A stretch of DNA of 64,000 nucleotides from Eledone cirrhosa (taxonomy: Eukaryota). The notes beneath the pieces are model-generated. The model ran no database searches and was not told where the DNA came from. It saw nothing but the letters and a program-made list of their open reading frames with translations. The stretch lies in contig OZ024740.1 of assembly GCA_964016885.1 (NCBI GenBank), positions 279,620,001 through 279,684,000 of the forward strand. The letters are read 5' to 3'. Each line of letters starts with the position of its first letter. Within the stretch, counting starts at the first letter, position 1. This document shows, one piece after another, positions 29,130-43,390 of this stretch. The translations under genes were made by a program, and so were the position numbers.

Positions 29130-32100
29130 TCCATTTTTTATTTGGGGGATCCATTTTTTATTTGGGGGATCCATTTTTTATTTGGGGGATCCATTTTTTA
29201 TTTAGGGGATCCATTTTTTATTTGGGTGATCCATTTTTTATTTGGGGGATCCAGTTTTTATTTGGGTGATCCATTTTTTGTTTGGGTGATCCATTTTTAT
29301 TTTTTGGATCCATTTTTTATTTGGGCGATCCATTTTTTATTTGGGGGATCCATTTTTTATTTGGGGGATCCATTTTTTATTTGGGGGATCCATTTTTTAT
29401 TTGGGTGATCAATTTTTTATTTGGTGATCCATTTTGTATTTGGGGGATCCATTTTTTATTTGGGTGATCCATTTTTTATTTGGGGGATCCATTTTTTATT
29501 TGGGTGATCCATTTTTTATTTGGTGATCCATTTTGTATTTGGGGGATCCATTTTTTATTTGGGTGATCCATTTTTTATTTGGGTGATCCATTTTTTATTT
29601 GAGGGATCCATTTTTTATTTGGGGGATCCATTTTTTATTTGATGGATCTCCCAAATAAAAAATACATCACCCAAATAAAAAATGGATCCCCCAAATAAAA
29701 AATGGATCACCCAAATAAAAAATGGATCCCCCAAATAAAAAATGGATCACACAAATAAAAAATGGATCACCCAAATAAAAAATGAATCACCCAAATATAA
29801 AATAGATCACCCAAATAAAAAATGGATCCCCCAAATAAAAAATGGATCCCTTTTTTATTTGGCGGATCCATTTTTTATTTGGGGGATCCATTATCTATTT
29901 GAGTGATCCATTTTTTATTTGTGGGATCCATTTTTTATTTGGGTGATCCATTTTTTATTTGGGGGATCCATTTTTTATTTGGGTGATCCATTTTTTATTT
30001 GGTGATCCATTTTTTATTTGGGGGATCCATTTTTTATTTGGGTGATCCATTTTTTATTTGGGTGATCCATTTTTTATTTGAGGGATCCATTTTTTATTTG
30101 GGGGATCCATTTTTTATTTGATGGATCTCCCAAATAAAAAATAGATCACCCAAATAAAAAATGGATCCCCCAAATAAAAAATGGATCACCCACATAGAAA
30201 CTGGATCCCCCAAATAGAAAATGGATCCCCCCAAATAAAAAATGGATCCCCCAAATAAAAAATGGATCCCCCAAATAAAAAATGGATCCCCCAAATAAAA
30301 AATGGATCCCCTAAATAAAAAATGGATCACCCAAATAAAAAATGGATCACCCAAATAAAAAATGGATCACCCAAATAAAAAATGGATCGCCCAAATAAAA
30401 AATGGATCCAAAAAATAAAAAATGGATCACCCAAATAAAAAATGGATCGCCCAAATAAAAAATGGATCACCCAAATAAAAAATGGATCACCCAAATAAAA
30501 AATGGACCCCCAAATAAAAAATGGACCACCCAAATAAAAAATGGATCACCCAAATAAAAAATGGATCCCCGAAATAAAAAATGGATCCGCCAAATAAAAA
30601 AATGGATCCATTTTTTATTTGGGTGATCCATTTTTTATTTAGGGTGATCCGTTTTTTATTTGGGTGATCCATTTTTTATTTGGGTGATTCCTTTTTTATT
30701 TGGGTGATCCATTTTTCATTTGGGTGATCCATTTTTATTTGAGTGATCCATTCTTTATTTGAGGGATCCATTTTTTATTTGGGTGATCCATTTTTTATTT
30801 GTGGGATCCATTTTTTATTTGGGCGATCCATTTTTTATTTGGGTGATCCATTTTTTATTTGGGTGATCCATTTTTTATTTGGGTGATCCATTTTTTATTT
30901 GGGGGATCCATTTTTTATTTTGGGGATCCATTTTTTATTTGGGTGATCCATTTTTTATTTGGGGGATCCATTTTTTTATTTGGGTGATCCATTTTTTATT
31001 TGGGTGATCCATTTTTTATTTGGGTGATCCATTTTTTATTTGAGGGATCCATTTTTTTTTTGGATCCATTTTTCATTTGGGGGATCCATTTTTTATTTGG
31101 GTGATCCATTTTTTATTTGGGTGATCCATTCTTTATTTGGGGTATCCATTTTTTATTTCGGGGTTCCATTTTTTATTTGGGGGATCCATCAAATAAAAAA
31201 TGGATCACCCAAATAAAAAATGGATCATCCAAATAAAAACTGGATCCCCCAAATAAAAAATGGATCACCCAAATAAAAAATGGATAATCGAAATAAAAAA
31301 TGGATCCCCCCAAATAAAAAATGGATCACCCAGATAAAAAATGGATCCCTTTTTTATTTAGCGGATCCATTTTTTATTTCGGGGATCCATTCTTTATTTG
31401 GGGGATCCATTTTTTATTTGGGTGATCCATTTTTCATTTGGGTGATCCATTTTTTATTTGGGGGATCCATTTTTTATTTGGGTGATCCATTTTTTATTTG
31501 GGGGATCCATTTTTTATTTCGGTGATCCATTTTTTATTTGGGTGATCCATTTTTTATTTGGGGTTCCATTTTTTATTTGGGTGATCTATTTTTTATTTGT
31601 TGGATCCATTTTTTATTTGGGGGATCCATTTTTTATTTGGGTGATCCATTTTTTATTTGGGTGATCCATTCTTTATTTGGGGGATCAATTTTTTATTTGG
31701 GTGATCCATTTTTTATTTGGGTGATCCATTTTTTATTTGGTGATCCATTTTTTATTTGGGGGATCCATTTTTTATTTGGGTGATCCATTTTTTATTTGGG
31801 TGATCCCTTTTTATTTGGGGTATCCATATTTAATTTGGGTGATCCATTTTTTATTTGGGTGATCCATTTTTTTATTTGGGTGATCCATTTTTTATTTGGG
31901 TGATCCATTTTTTACTTGGGGGATCCATTTTCTATTTGGGTGATCCATTTTTTATTTGGGGGATCCATTTTTTATTTGGGGGATCCATTTTTTATTTGGT
32001 GGATCCATTTTTTATTTGGGGGATCCATTTTTTATTTGGGGGATCATATTTTGGGGGGGGATCCATTTTATATTTGGGGGATCCATTTTTTATTTGGGTG

Positions 32101-32580
32101 ATCCATTTTTTATTTGGGGGATCAATTTTTTATTTGAGGGATCCATTTTTTATTTGGGGGATCCATTTTTTATTTGATGGATCTCCCAAATAAAAAATAG
32201 ATCACCCAAATAAAAAATGGATCCCCCAAATAAAAAATGGATCACCCAAATAAAAACTGGATCCCCCAAATAAAAAATGGATCCCCCCAAATAAAAAATG
32301 GATCCCCCAAATAAAAAATGGATCCCCCAAATAAAAAATGGATCCCCTAAATAAAAAATGGATCACCCAAATAAAAAATGGATCACCCAAATAAAAAATG
32401 GATCACCCAAATAAAAAATAGATCGCCCAAATAAAAAATGGATCCAAAAAATAAAAAATGGATCACCCAAATAAAAAATGGATCACCCCCCCAAAAAAAT
32501 CGATCCCCAAATAAAAAATGGATCACCCAAATAAAAAATGGATTACCCAAATAAAAAATGGATCCCCCAAATAAAAAATG
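29130..32580. repeat. Direct copy of ~18730-22170 at ~10.4-kb offset
   Basis: Constant offset of 10405 for ORF pairs 19689/30094, 19922/30327, 20082/30487, 20875/31280 and 21053/31458. Both carry the rare variant CCCACATAGAAACTGG. Confidence 0.85.
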
Positions 32581-35500
32581 GATCACCCAAATAAAAAATG
32601 GATCCCCGAAATAAAAAATGGATCCGCCAAATAAAAAATGGATCCATTTTTTATTTGGGTGATCCATTTTTTATTTAGGGTGATCCGTTTTTATTTGGGT
32701 GATCCATTTTTTATTTTGGTGATTCCTTTTTTATTTGGGTGATCCATTTTTTATTTGGGTGATCCATTTTTTATTTGAGTGATCCATTCTTTATTTGAGG
32801 GATCCATTTTTTATTTGGGTGATCCATTTTTTATTTGGGGGATCCATTTTTTATTTGGGCGATCCATTTTTTATTTGGGTGATCCATTTTTTATTTGGGT
32901 GATCCATTTTTTATTTGGGTGATCCATTTTTTATTTGGGGGATCCATTTTTTATTTGGGGGATCCATTTTTTATTTGGGTGATCCATTTTTTATTTGGGG
33001 GATCCATTTTTTATTTGGGTGATCCATTTTTTATTTGGGTGATCCATTTTTTATTTGGGTGATCCATTTTTTATTTGAGGGATCCATTTTTTATTTTTTG
33101 GATCCATTTTTTATTTGGGGGATCCATTTTTTATTTGGGTGATCCATTTTTTATTTGGGTGATCCATTCTTTATTTGGGGTATCCATTTTTTATTTCGGG
33201 GTTCCATTTTTTATTTGGGGGATCCATCAAATAAAAAATGGATCACCCAAATAAAAAATGGATCGTCCAAATAAAAACTGGATCCCCCAAATAAAAAATG
33301 GATCACCCAAATAAAAAATGGATAACCGAAATAAAAAATGGACCCCCAAATAAAAAATGGATCACCCAAATAAAAAATGGATCACCCAAATAAAAAATGG
33401 ATCCCCCAAATAAAAAATGGATCACCCAAATAAAAAATGGATCCCCCAAATACAAAATGGATCCCCCAAATAAAAAATGGATCCCCCAAATAAAAAAGGG
33501 AACCATTTTTTATTTGGGTGATCCATTTTTTATTTGGGTGATCAATTTTTTATTTGGGTGATTCATTTTTTATTTGGGTGATCCATTTTTAATTTTTGGG
33601 ATCCATTTTTTATTTGGTGGATCCATTTTTTATTTGGGTGATCCATTTTTTATTTGGGTGATCCATTTTTTATTTGGGTGATCCATTTTTTATTTGGGTG
33701 ATCCATTTTTTATTTGATGGATCCCCCAAATAAAAAATGGAACCCCCAAATAAAAAATGGATCACGCAAATAAAAAATGGATCCCCCAAATAAAAAATGG
33801 ATCCCCCAAATAAAAAATGGATCCCCCAAATAAAAAATGAATCCCTGAAATAAAAAATGGATCCCCCAAATAAAAAAGGCATCCATTTTTTATTTGGGTG
33901 ATCCATTTTTTATTTGGGGGATCCATTTTTTATTTGGGGGATCCATTTTTTATTTTGGGGATCCATTTTTTATTTGGGGGATCCATTTTTTATTTGCGTG
34001 ATCCATTTTTTATTTGGGGGATCCATTTTTTATTTGGGTGATCCATTTTTTATTTGGGTGATCCATTTTTTATTTGGGGGTCCATTTTTTTATTTCGGTG
34101 ATCCATTTTTTATTTGGGTGATCCATTTTTTATTTTTTGGATCCATTTTTTATTTGGGCGATCCATTTTTTATTTGGGTGATCCATTTTTTATTTGGGTG
34201 ATCCATTTTTTATTTGGGTGATCCATTTTTTATTTGGGGGATCCATTTTTTATTTGGGTGATCCATTTTTTATTTGGGGGATCCATTTTTTATTTGGGGC
34301 TGCCATTTTTTATTTGGGGGATCCATCAAATAAAAAATGGATCACCCAAATAAAAACTGGATCCCCCAAATAAAAAATGGATCACCCAAATAAAAAATGG
34401 ATAATCGAAATAAAAAATGGACCCCCAAATAAAAAATGGATCACTCAAATAAAAAATGGATCCCGCAAATAAAAAATGAATCCCTGAAATAAAAAATGGA
34501 TCCCCCAAATAAAAAAGGGATCCATTTTTTATTTGGGTGATCCATTTTTTATTTGGGGGGATCCGTTTTTTATTTGGGCGATCCATTTTTTATTTGGGTG
34601 ATCCATTTTTTATTTGGGGGATCCATTTTTTATTTGGGGGATCCATTTTTTATTTGGGGGAACAATTTTTTATTTGGGTGATCCATTTTTTATTTGGGGG
34701 ATCCATTTTTTATTTGGGTGATCCATTTTTTGTTTGGGTGATCCATTTTTATTTGGGTGATCCATTTTTTATTTGGGGGATCCATTTTTTATTTGGGGGA
34801 TCCATTTTTTATTTGGGGGATCCATTTTGTATTTTTTGGGTCCATTTTTTATTTGGGGGATCCATTTTTTATTTTGGGGATCCATTTTTTATTTGGGGGA
34901 TCCATTTTTTATTTGGGTGATGCATTTTTTATTTGGGGGATCAATTTTTTTTACGGTGATCCATTTTGTATTTGGGGGATCCATTTTTTATTTGGGGGTT
35001 CCATTTTTTATTTGGGTGATCCATCAAACAAAAAATGTATCACCCAAATAAAAAGTGGAACACCTAAATAAAAAATGGATCCCCCAAATAAAAAATGTAT
35101 CACCCAAATAAAAAATGGATCACCCAAATAAAAAATGGATCCCCCCAAATAAAAAATGGATCACCCAGATAAAAAATGGATCCCTTTTTTATTTAGCGGA
35201 TCCATTTTTTATTTCGGGGATCCATTCTTTATTTGGTTGATCCATTTTTTATTTGGGTGATCCATTTTTCATTTGGGTGATCCATTTTTTATTTGGGGGA
35301 TCCATTTTTTATTTGGGTGATCCATTTTTTATTTGGGGGATCCATTTTTTATTTCGGTGATCCATTTTTTATTTGGGTGATCCATTTTTTATTTGGGGTT
35401 CCATTTTTTATTTGGGTGATCTATTTTTTATTTGGTGGATCCATTTTTTATTTGGGGGATCCATTTTTTATTTGGGTGATCCATTTTTTATTTGGGTGAT

Positions 35501-38500
35501 CCATTTTTTATTTGGGGGATCAATTTTTTATTTGGGTGATCCATTTTTTATTTGGGTGATCCATTTTTTATTTGGTGATCCATTTTTTATTTGGGGGATC
35601 CATTTTTTATTTGGGTGATCCATTTTTTATTTGGGTGATCCCTTTTTATTTGAGGTATCCATATTTAATTTGGGTGATCCATTTTTTATTTGGGTGATCC
35701 ATTTTTTATTTGGGTGATCCATTTTTTATTTGGGTGATCCATTTTTTATTTGGGGGATCCATTTTTTATTTGGGTGATCCATTTTTTATTTGGGGGATCC
35801 ATTTTTTATTTGGGGGATCCATTTTTTATTTGGTGGATCGATTTTTTATTTGGGGGATCCATTTTTTATCTGGGGGATCATATTTTTGGGGGGATCCATT
35901 TTATATTTGGGTGATCCATTTTTTATTTAGGTGATCCATTTTTTATTTGGGGGATCCATTTTTTATTTGGGTGATCCATTTTTTATTTGGGCGATCCATT
36001 TTTTATTTGGGTGATCCATTTTTTATTTGGGTGATCCATTTTTTATTTGGGGGATCAATTTTTTATTTGGGTGATCCATTTTTTATTTGGGTGATCCATT
36101 TTTTATTTGGGTAATCCATTTTTTATTTGGGGGATCCATTTTTTATTTGGGTGATCCATTTTTTATTTGGAGGATCCATTTTTTATTTGGGCGATCCATT
36201 TTTTATTTGGGGGATCCATTTTTTATTTGGTGGATCCATTTTTTATTTAGGGGATCCATTTTTTATTTAGGGGATCCATTTTTTATTTTGGGGATCCATT
36301 TTATATATGGGTGATCCATTTTTTATTTGGGTGATCCATTTTTTATTTGGGGGATCCATTTTTTATTTGGGTGATCCATTTTTTATTTGGGGGATCAATT
36401 TTTTTTTCGGTGATCCATTTTTTATTTGGGGGATCCATTTTTTATTTGGGGGTTCCATTTTTTATTTGGGGGATCCATCAAACAAAAAATGGATCACCCA
36501 AATAAAAAGTGGATCACCTAAATAAAAAATGGATCCCCCAAATTAAAAATGTATCACCCAAATAAAAAATGGATCACCCAAACAAAAAATGTATCACCCA
36601 AATAAAAAATGGATCACCCAAATAAAAAATGGATCCACCAAATAAAAAATGGATCCCCCAAATAAAAAATAGATCACACAAATAAAAAATGGATCCCCCA
36701 AATAAAAAATGGATCACCCAAATAAAAAATGGATCACCCAAATAAAAAATGGATAACCCAAATAAAAAATGGATCCCCCAAATAAAAAATAGATCACCCA
36801 AATAAAAAATGGATCACCCAAATAAAAAATGGATTCCCCAAATAAAAAATGGATCACCCAAATAAAAAATGGATCACCCAAATAAAAAATGGATCCCTTT
36901 TTTATTTGGGGGATCCATTTTTTATTTGGGTGATCAATTTTTTATTTGGGGGATCCATTTTTTATTTGGGGGATCCATATTATATTTGGGTGATCCATTT
37001 TTTATTTGGGTGATCCATTTTTTATTTGGGGGATCCATTTTTTTATTTGGGTGATCCATTTTTTATTTGGGTGATCCATTTTTTATTTGGGTGATCCATT
37101 TTTTATTTGAGGGATCCATTTTTTTTTTGGATCCATTTTTCATTTGGGGGATCCATTTTTTATTTGGGTGATCCATTTTTTATTTGGGTGATCCATTCTT
37201 TATTTGGGGTATCCATTTTTTATTTCGGGGTTCCATTTTTTATTTGGGGGACCCATCAAATAAAAAATGGATCACCCAAATAAAAAATGGATCATCCAAA
37301 TAAAAACTGGATCCCCCAAATAAAAAATGGATCACCCAAATAAAAAATGGATAATCGAAATAAAAAATGGATCCCCCCAAATAAAAAATGGATCACCCAG
37401 ATAAAAAATGGATCCCTTTTTTATTCAGCGGATCCATTTTTTATTTCGGGGATCCATTCTTTATTTGGGGGATCCATTTTTTATTTGGGTGATCCATTTT
37501 TCATTTGGGTGATCCATTTTTTATTTGGGGGATCCATTTTTTATTTGGGTGATCCATTTTTTATTTGGGGGATCCATTTTTTATTTCGGGGATCCATTTT
37601 TTATTTGGGTGATCTATTTTTTATTTGGGGTTCCATTTTTTATTTGGGTGATCTATTTTTTATTTGTTGGATCCATTTTTTATTTGGGGGATCCATTTTT
37701 TATTTGGGTGATCCATTTTTTATTTGGGTGATCCATTCTTTATTTGGGGGATCAATTTTTTATTTGGGTGATCCATTTTTTATTTGGGTGATCCATTTTT
37801 TATTTGGTGATCCATTTTTTATTTGGGGGATCCATTTTTTATTTGGGTGATCCATTTTTTATTTGGGTGATCCCTTTTTATTTGGGGTATCCATATTTAA
37901 TTTGGGTGATCCATTTTTTATTTGGGTGATCCATTTTTTATTTGGGTGATCCATTTTTTATTTGGGTGATCCATTTTTACTTGGGGGATCCATTTTTTAT
38001 TTGGGTGATCCATTTTTTATTTGGGGGATCCATTTTTTATTTGGGGGATCCATTTTTTATTTGGTGGATCCATTTTTTATTTGGGGGATCCATTTTTTAT
38101 TTGGGGGATCATATTTTGGGGGGGGGATCCATTTTATATTTGGGGGATCCATTTTTTATTTGGGTGATCCATTTTTTATTTGGGGGATCAATTTTTTATT
38201 TGAGGGATCCATTTTTTATTTGGGGGATCCATTTTTTATTTGATGGATCTCCCAAATAAAAAATAGATCACCCAAATAAAAAATGGATCCCCCAAATAAA
38301 AAATGGATCACCCAAATAAAAACTGGATCCCCCAAATAAAAAATGGATCCCCCCAAATAAAAAATGGATCCCCCAAATAAAAAATGGATCCCCCAAATAA
38401 AAAATGGATCCCCTAAATAAAAAATGGATCACCCAAATAAAAAATGGATCACCCAAATAAAAAATGGATCACCCAAATAAAAAATAGATCGCCCAAATAA

Positions 38501-41500
38501 AAAATGGATCCAAAAAATAAAAAATGGATCACCCAAATAAAAAATGGATCACCCCCCCAAAAAAATCGATCCCCAAATAAAAAATGGATCACCCAAATAA
38601 AAAATGGATTACCCAAATAAAAAATGGATCCCCCAAATAAAAAATGGATCACCCAAATAAAAAATGGATCCCCCAAATAAAAAATGGATCCCCCAAATAA
38701 AACATGGATCCTCCCCAATAAAATATGGATCACCCCCCCAAAAAATGGATCACCCAAATAAAAAATGGATCACCCAAATAAAAAATGGATCCCCCAAATA
38801 AAAAATGGATCACCCAAATAAAGAATGGATCACCCAAATAAAAAATGGACCCCCAAATAAAAAATGGATCACCCAAATAAAAAATGGATCACCCAAATAA
38901 AAAATGGATCCCCGAAATAAAAAATGGATCCGCCAAATAAAAAATGGATCCATTTTTTATTTGGGTGATCCATTTTTTATTTAGGGTGATCCGTTTTTAT
39001 TTGGGTGATCCATTTTTTATTTGGGTGATTCCTTTTTTATTTGGGTGATCCATTTTTTATTTGGGTGATCCATTTTTTATTTGAGTGATCCATTCTTTAT
39101 TTGAGGGATCCATTTTTTATTTGGGTGATCCATTTTTTATTTGGGGGATCCATTTTTTATTTGGGCGATCCATTTTTTATTTGGGTGATCCATTTTTTAT
39201 TTGGGTGATCCATTTTTTATTTGGGTGATCCATTTTTTATTTGGGGGATCCATTTTTTATTTGGGGGATCCATTTTTTATTTGGGTGATCCATTTTTTAT
39301 TTGGGGGATCCATTTTTTATTTGGGTGATCCATTTTTTATTTGGGTGATCCATTTTTTATTTGGGTGATCCATTTTTTATTTGAGGGATCCATTTTTTAT
39401 TTTTTGGATCCATTTTTTATTTGGGGGATCCATTTTTTATTTGGGTGATCCATTTTTTATTTGGGTGATCCATTCTTTATTTGGGGTATCCATTTTTTAT
39501 TTCGGGGTTCCATTTTTTATTTGGGGGATCCATCAAATAAAAAATGGATCACCCAAATAAAAAATGGATCATCCAAATAAAAACTGGATCCCCCAAATAA
39601 AAAATGGATCACCCAAATAAAAAATGGATAACCGAAATAGAAAATGGACCCCCAAATAAAAAATGGATCACCCAAATAAAAAATGGATCACCCAAATAAA
39701 AAATGGATCCCCAAATAAAAAATGGATCACCCAAATAAAAAATGGATCCCCCAAATACAAAATGGATCCCCCAAATAAAAAATGGATCCCCCAAATAAAA
39801 AAGGGAACCATTTTTTATTTGGGTGATCCATTTTTTATTTGGGTGATCAATTTTTTATTTGGGTGATTCATTTTTTATTTGGGTGATCCATTTTTAATTT
39901 TTGGGATCCATTTTTTATTTGGTGGATCCATTTTTTATTTGGGTGATCCATTTTTTATTTGGGTGATCCATTTTTTATTTGGGTGATCCATTTTTTATTT
40001 GGGTGATCCATTTTTTATTTGTTGGATCCCCCAAATAAAAAATGGAACCCCCAAATAAAAAATGGATCCCCCAAATAAAAAATGGATCACCCAAATAAAA
40101 AATGGATCCCCCCAAATAAAAAATGGATCACGCAAATAAAAAATGGATCCCCCAAATAAAAAATGGATCCCCCAAATAAAAAATGGATCCCCCAAATAAA
40201 AAATGAATCCCTGAAATAAAAAATGGATCCCCCAAATAAAAAAGGCATCCATTTTTTATTTGGGTGATCCATTTTTTATTTGGGGGATCCATTTTTTATT
40301 TGGGGGATCCATTTTTTATTTTGGGGATCCATTTTTTATTTGGGGGATCCATTTTTTATTTGCGTGATCCATTTTTTATTTGGGGGATCCATTTTTTATT
40401 TGGGTGATCCATTTTTTATTTGGGTGATCCATTTTTTATTTGGGGGTCCATTTTTTTATTTCGGTGATCCATTTTTTATTTGGGTGATCCATTTTTTATT
40501 TTTTGGATCCATTTTTTATTTGGGCGATCCATTTTTTATTTGGGTGATCCATTTTTTATTTGGGTGATCCATTTTTTATTTGGGTGATCCATTTTTTATT
40601 TGGGGGATCCATTTTTTATTTGGGTGATCCATTTTTTATTTGGGGGATCCATTTTTTATTTGGGGCTGCCATTTTTTATTTGGGGGATCCATCAAATAAA
40701 AAATGGATCACCCAAATAAAAACTGGATCCCCCAAATAAAAAATGGATCACCCAAATAAAAAATGGATAATCGAAATAAAAAATGGACCCCCAAATAAAA
40801 AATGGATCACTCAAATAAAAAATGGATCCCGCAAATAAAAAATGAATCCCTGAAATAAAAAATGGATCCCCCAAATAAAAAAGGGATCCATTTTTTATTT
40901 GGGTGATCCATTTTTTATTTGGGGGGATCCGTTTTTTATTTGGGCGATCCATTTTTTATTTGGGTGATCCATTTTTTATTTGGGGGATCCATTTTTTATT
41001 TGGGGGATCCATTTTTTATTTGGGGGATCCATTTTTTATTTGGGTGTTCCATTCTTTATTTGGGGGATCCAGTTTTTATTTGGGTGATCCATTTTTTGTT
41101 TGGGTGATCCATTTTTATTTGGGTGATCCATTTTTTATTTGGGGGATCCATTTTTTATTTGGGGGATCCATTTTTTATTTGGGGGATCCATTTTGTATTT
41201 TTTGGGTCCATTTTTTATTTGGGCGATCCATTTTTTATTTGGGTGATCCATTTTTTATTTGGGGGATCCATTTTTTATTTGGGGGATCCATTTTTTATTT
41301 TGGGGATCCATTTTTTATTTGGGGGATCCATTTTTTATTTGGGTGATTCATTTTTTATTTGGGGGATCAATTTTTTTACGGTGATCCATTTTGTATTTGG
41401 GGGATCCATTTTTTATTTGGGGGTTCCATTTTTTATTTGGGTGATCCATAAAAACAAAAAATGTATCACCCAAATAAAAAGTGGAACACCTAAATAAAAA

Positions 41501-43390
41501 ATGGATCCCCCCAAATAAAAAATGGATCACCCAGATAAAAAATGGATCCCTTTTTTATTTAGCGGATCCATTTTTTATTTCGGGGATCCATTCTTTATTT
41601 GGGGGATCCATTTTTTATTTGGGTGATCCATTTTTCATTTGGGTGATCCATTTTTTATTTGGGGGATCCATTTTTTATTTGGGTGATCCATTTTTTATTT
41701 GGGGGATCCATTTTTTATTTCGGTGATCCATTTTTTATTTGGGTGATCCATTTTTTATTTGGGGTTCCATTTTTTATTTGGGTGATCTATTTTTTATTTG
41801 GTGGATCCATTTTTTATTTGGGGGATCCATTTTTATTTGGGTGATCCATTTTTTATTTGGGTGATCCATTTTTTATTTGGGGGATCAATTTTTTATTTGG
41901 GTGATCCATTTTTTATTTGGGTGATCCATTTTTTATTTGGTGATCCATTTTTTATTTGGGGGATTCATTTTTTATTTGGGTGATCCATTTTTTATTTGGG
42001 TGATCCCTTTTTATTTGAGGTATCCATATTTAATTTGGGTGATCCATTTTTTATTTGGGTGATCCATTTTTTATTTGGGTGATCCATTTTTTATTTGGGT
42101 GATCCATTTTTTATTTGGGGGATCCATTTTTTATTTGGGTGATCCATTTTTTATTTGGGGGATCCATTTTTTATTTGGGGGATCCATTTTTTATTTGGTG
42201 GATCGATTTTTTATTTGGGGGATCCATTTTTTATTTGGGGGATCATATTTTTGGGGGGGATCCATTTTATATTTGGGTGATCCATTTTTTATTTAGGTGA
42301 TCCATTTTTTATTTGGGGGATCCATTTTTTATTTGGGTGATCCATTTTTTATTTGGGCGATCCATTTTTTATTTGGGTGATCCATTTTTTATTTGGGTGA
42401 TCCATTTTTTATTTGGGGGATCAATTTTTTATTTGGGTGATCCATTTTTTATTTGGGTGATCCATTCTTTATTTGGGTAATCCATTTTTTATTTGGGGGA
42501 TCCATTTTTTATTTGGGTGATCCATTTTTTATTTGGAGGATCCATTTTTTATTTGGGCGATCCATTTTTATATGGGGGATCCATTTTTTATTTGGTGGAT
42601 CCATTTTTTATTTAGGGGATCCATTTTTTATTTAGGGGATCCATTTTTTATTTTGGGGATCCATTTTATATTTGGGTGATCCATTTTTTATTTGGGTGAT
42701 CCATTTTTTATTTGGGGGATCCATTTTTTATTTGGGTGATCCATTTTTTATTTGGGGGATCAATTTTTTTTTCGGTGATCCATTTTTTATTTGGGGGATC
42801 CATTTTTTATTTGGGGGTTCCATTTTTTATTTGGGGGATCCATCAAACAAAAAATGGATCACCCAAATAAAAAGTGGATCACCTAAATAAAAAATGGATC
42901 CCCCAAATAAAAAATGTATCACCCAAATAAAAAATGGATCACCCAAACAAAAAATGTATCACCCAAATAAAAAATGGATCACCCAAATAAAAAATGGATC
43001 CACCAAATAAAAAATGGATCCCCCAAATAAAAAATAGATCACACAAATAAAAAATGGATCCCCCAAATAAAAAATGGATCACCCAAATAAAAAATGTATC
43101 ACCCAAATAAAAAATGGATAACCCAAATAAAAAATGGATCCCCCAAATAAAAAATAGATCACCCAAATAAAAATTGGATCACCCAAATAAAAAATGGATT
43201 CCCCAAATAAAAAATGGATCACCCAAATAAAAAATGGATCACCCAAATAAAAAATGGATCCCTTTTTTATTTGGGGGATCCATTTTTTATTTGGGTGATC
43301 AATTTTTTATTTGGGGGATCCATTTTTTATTTGGGGGATCCATATTATATTTGGGTGATCCATTTTTTATTTGGGTGATCCATTTTTTAT
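30950..43390. repeat. Higher-order repeat, two tandem copies of a ~6.1-6.4 kb unit (boundary ~37020)
   Basis: Offsets are 6066-6067 (31280/37347, 32202/38268) and then 6365-6366 (33914/40280, 34537/40903, 35710/42075, 36869/43234). Shared private variants include GGGGCTGCC, AAAGGCATCC and TTTACGGTG. Confidence 0.9.
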
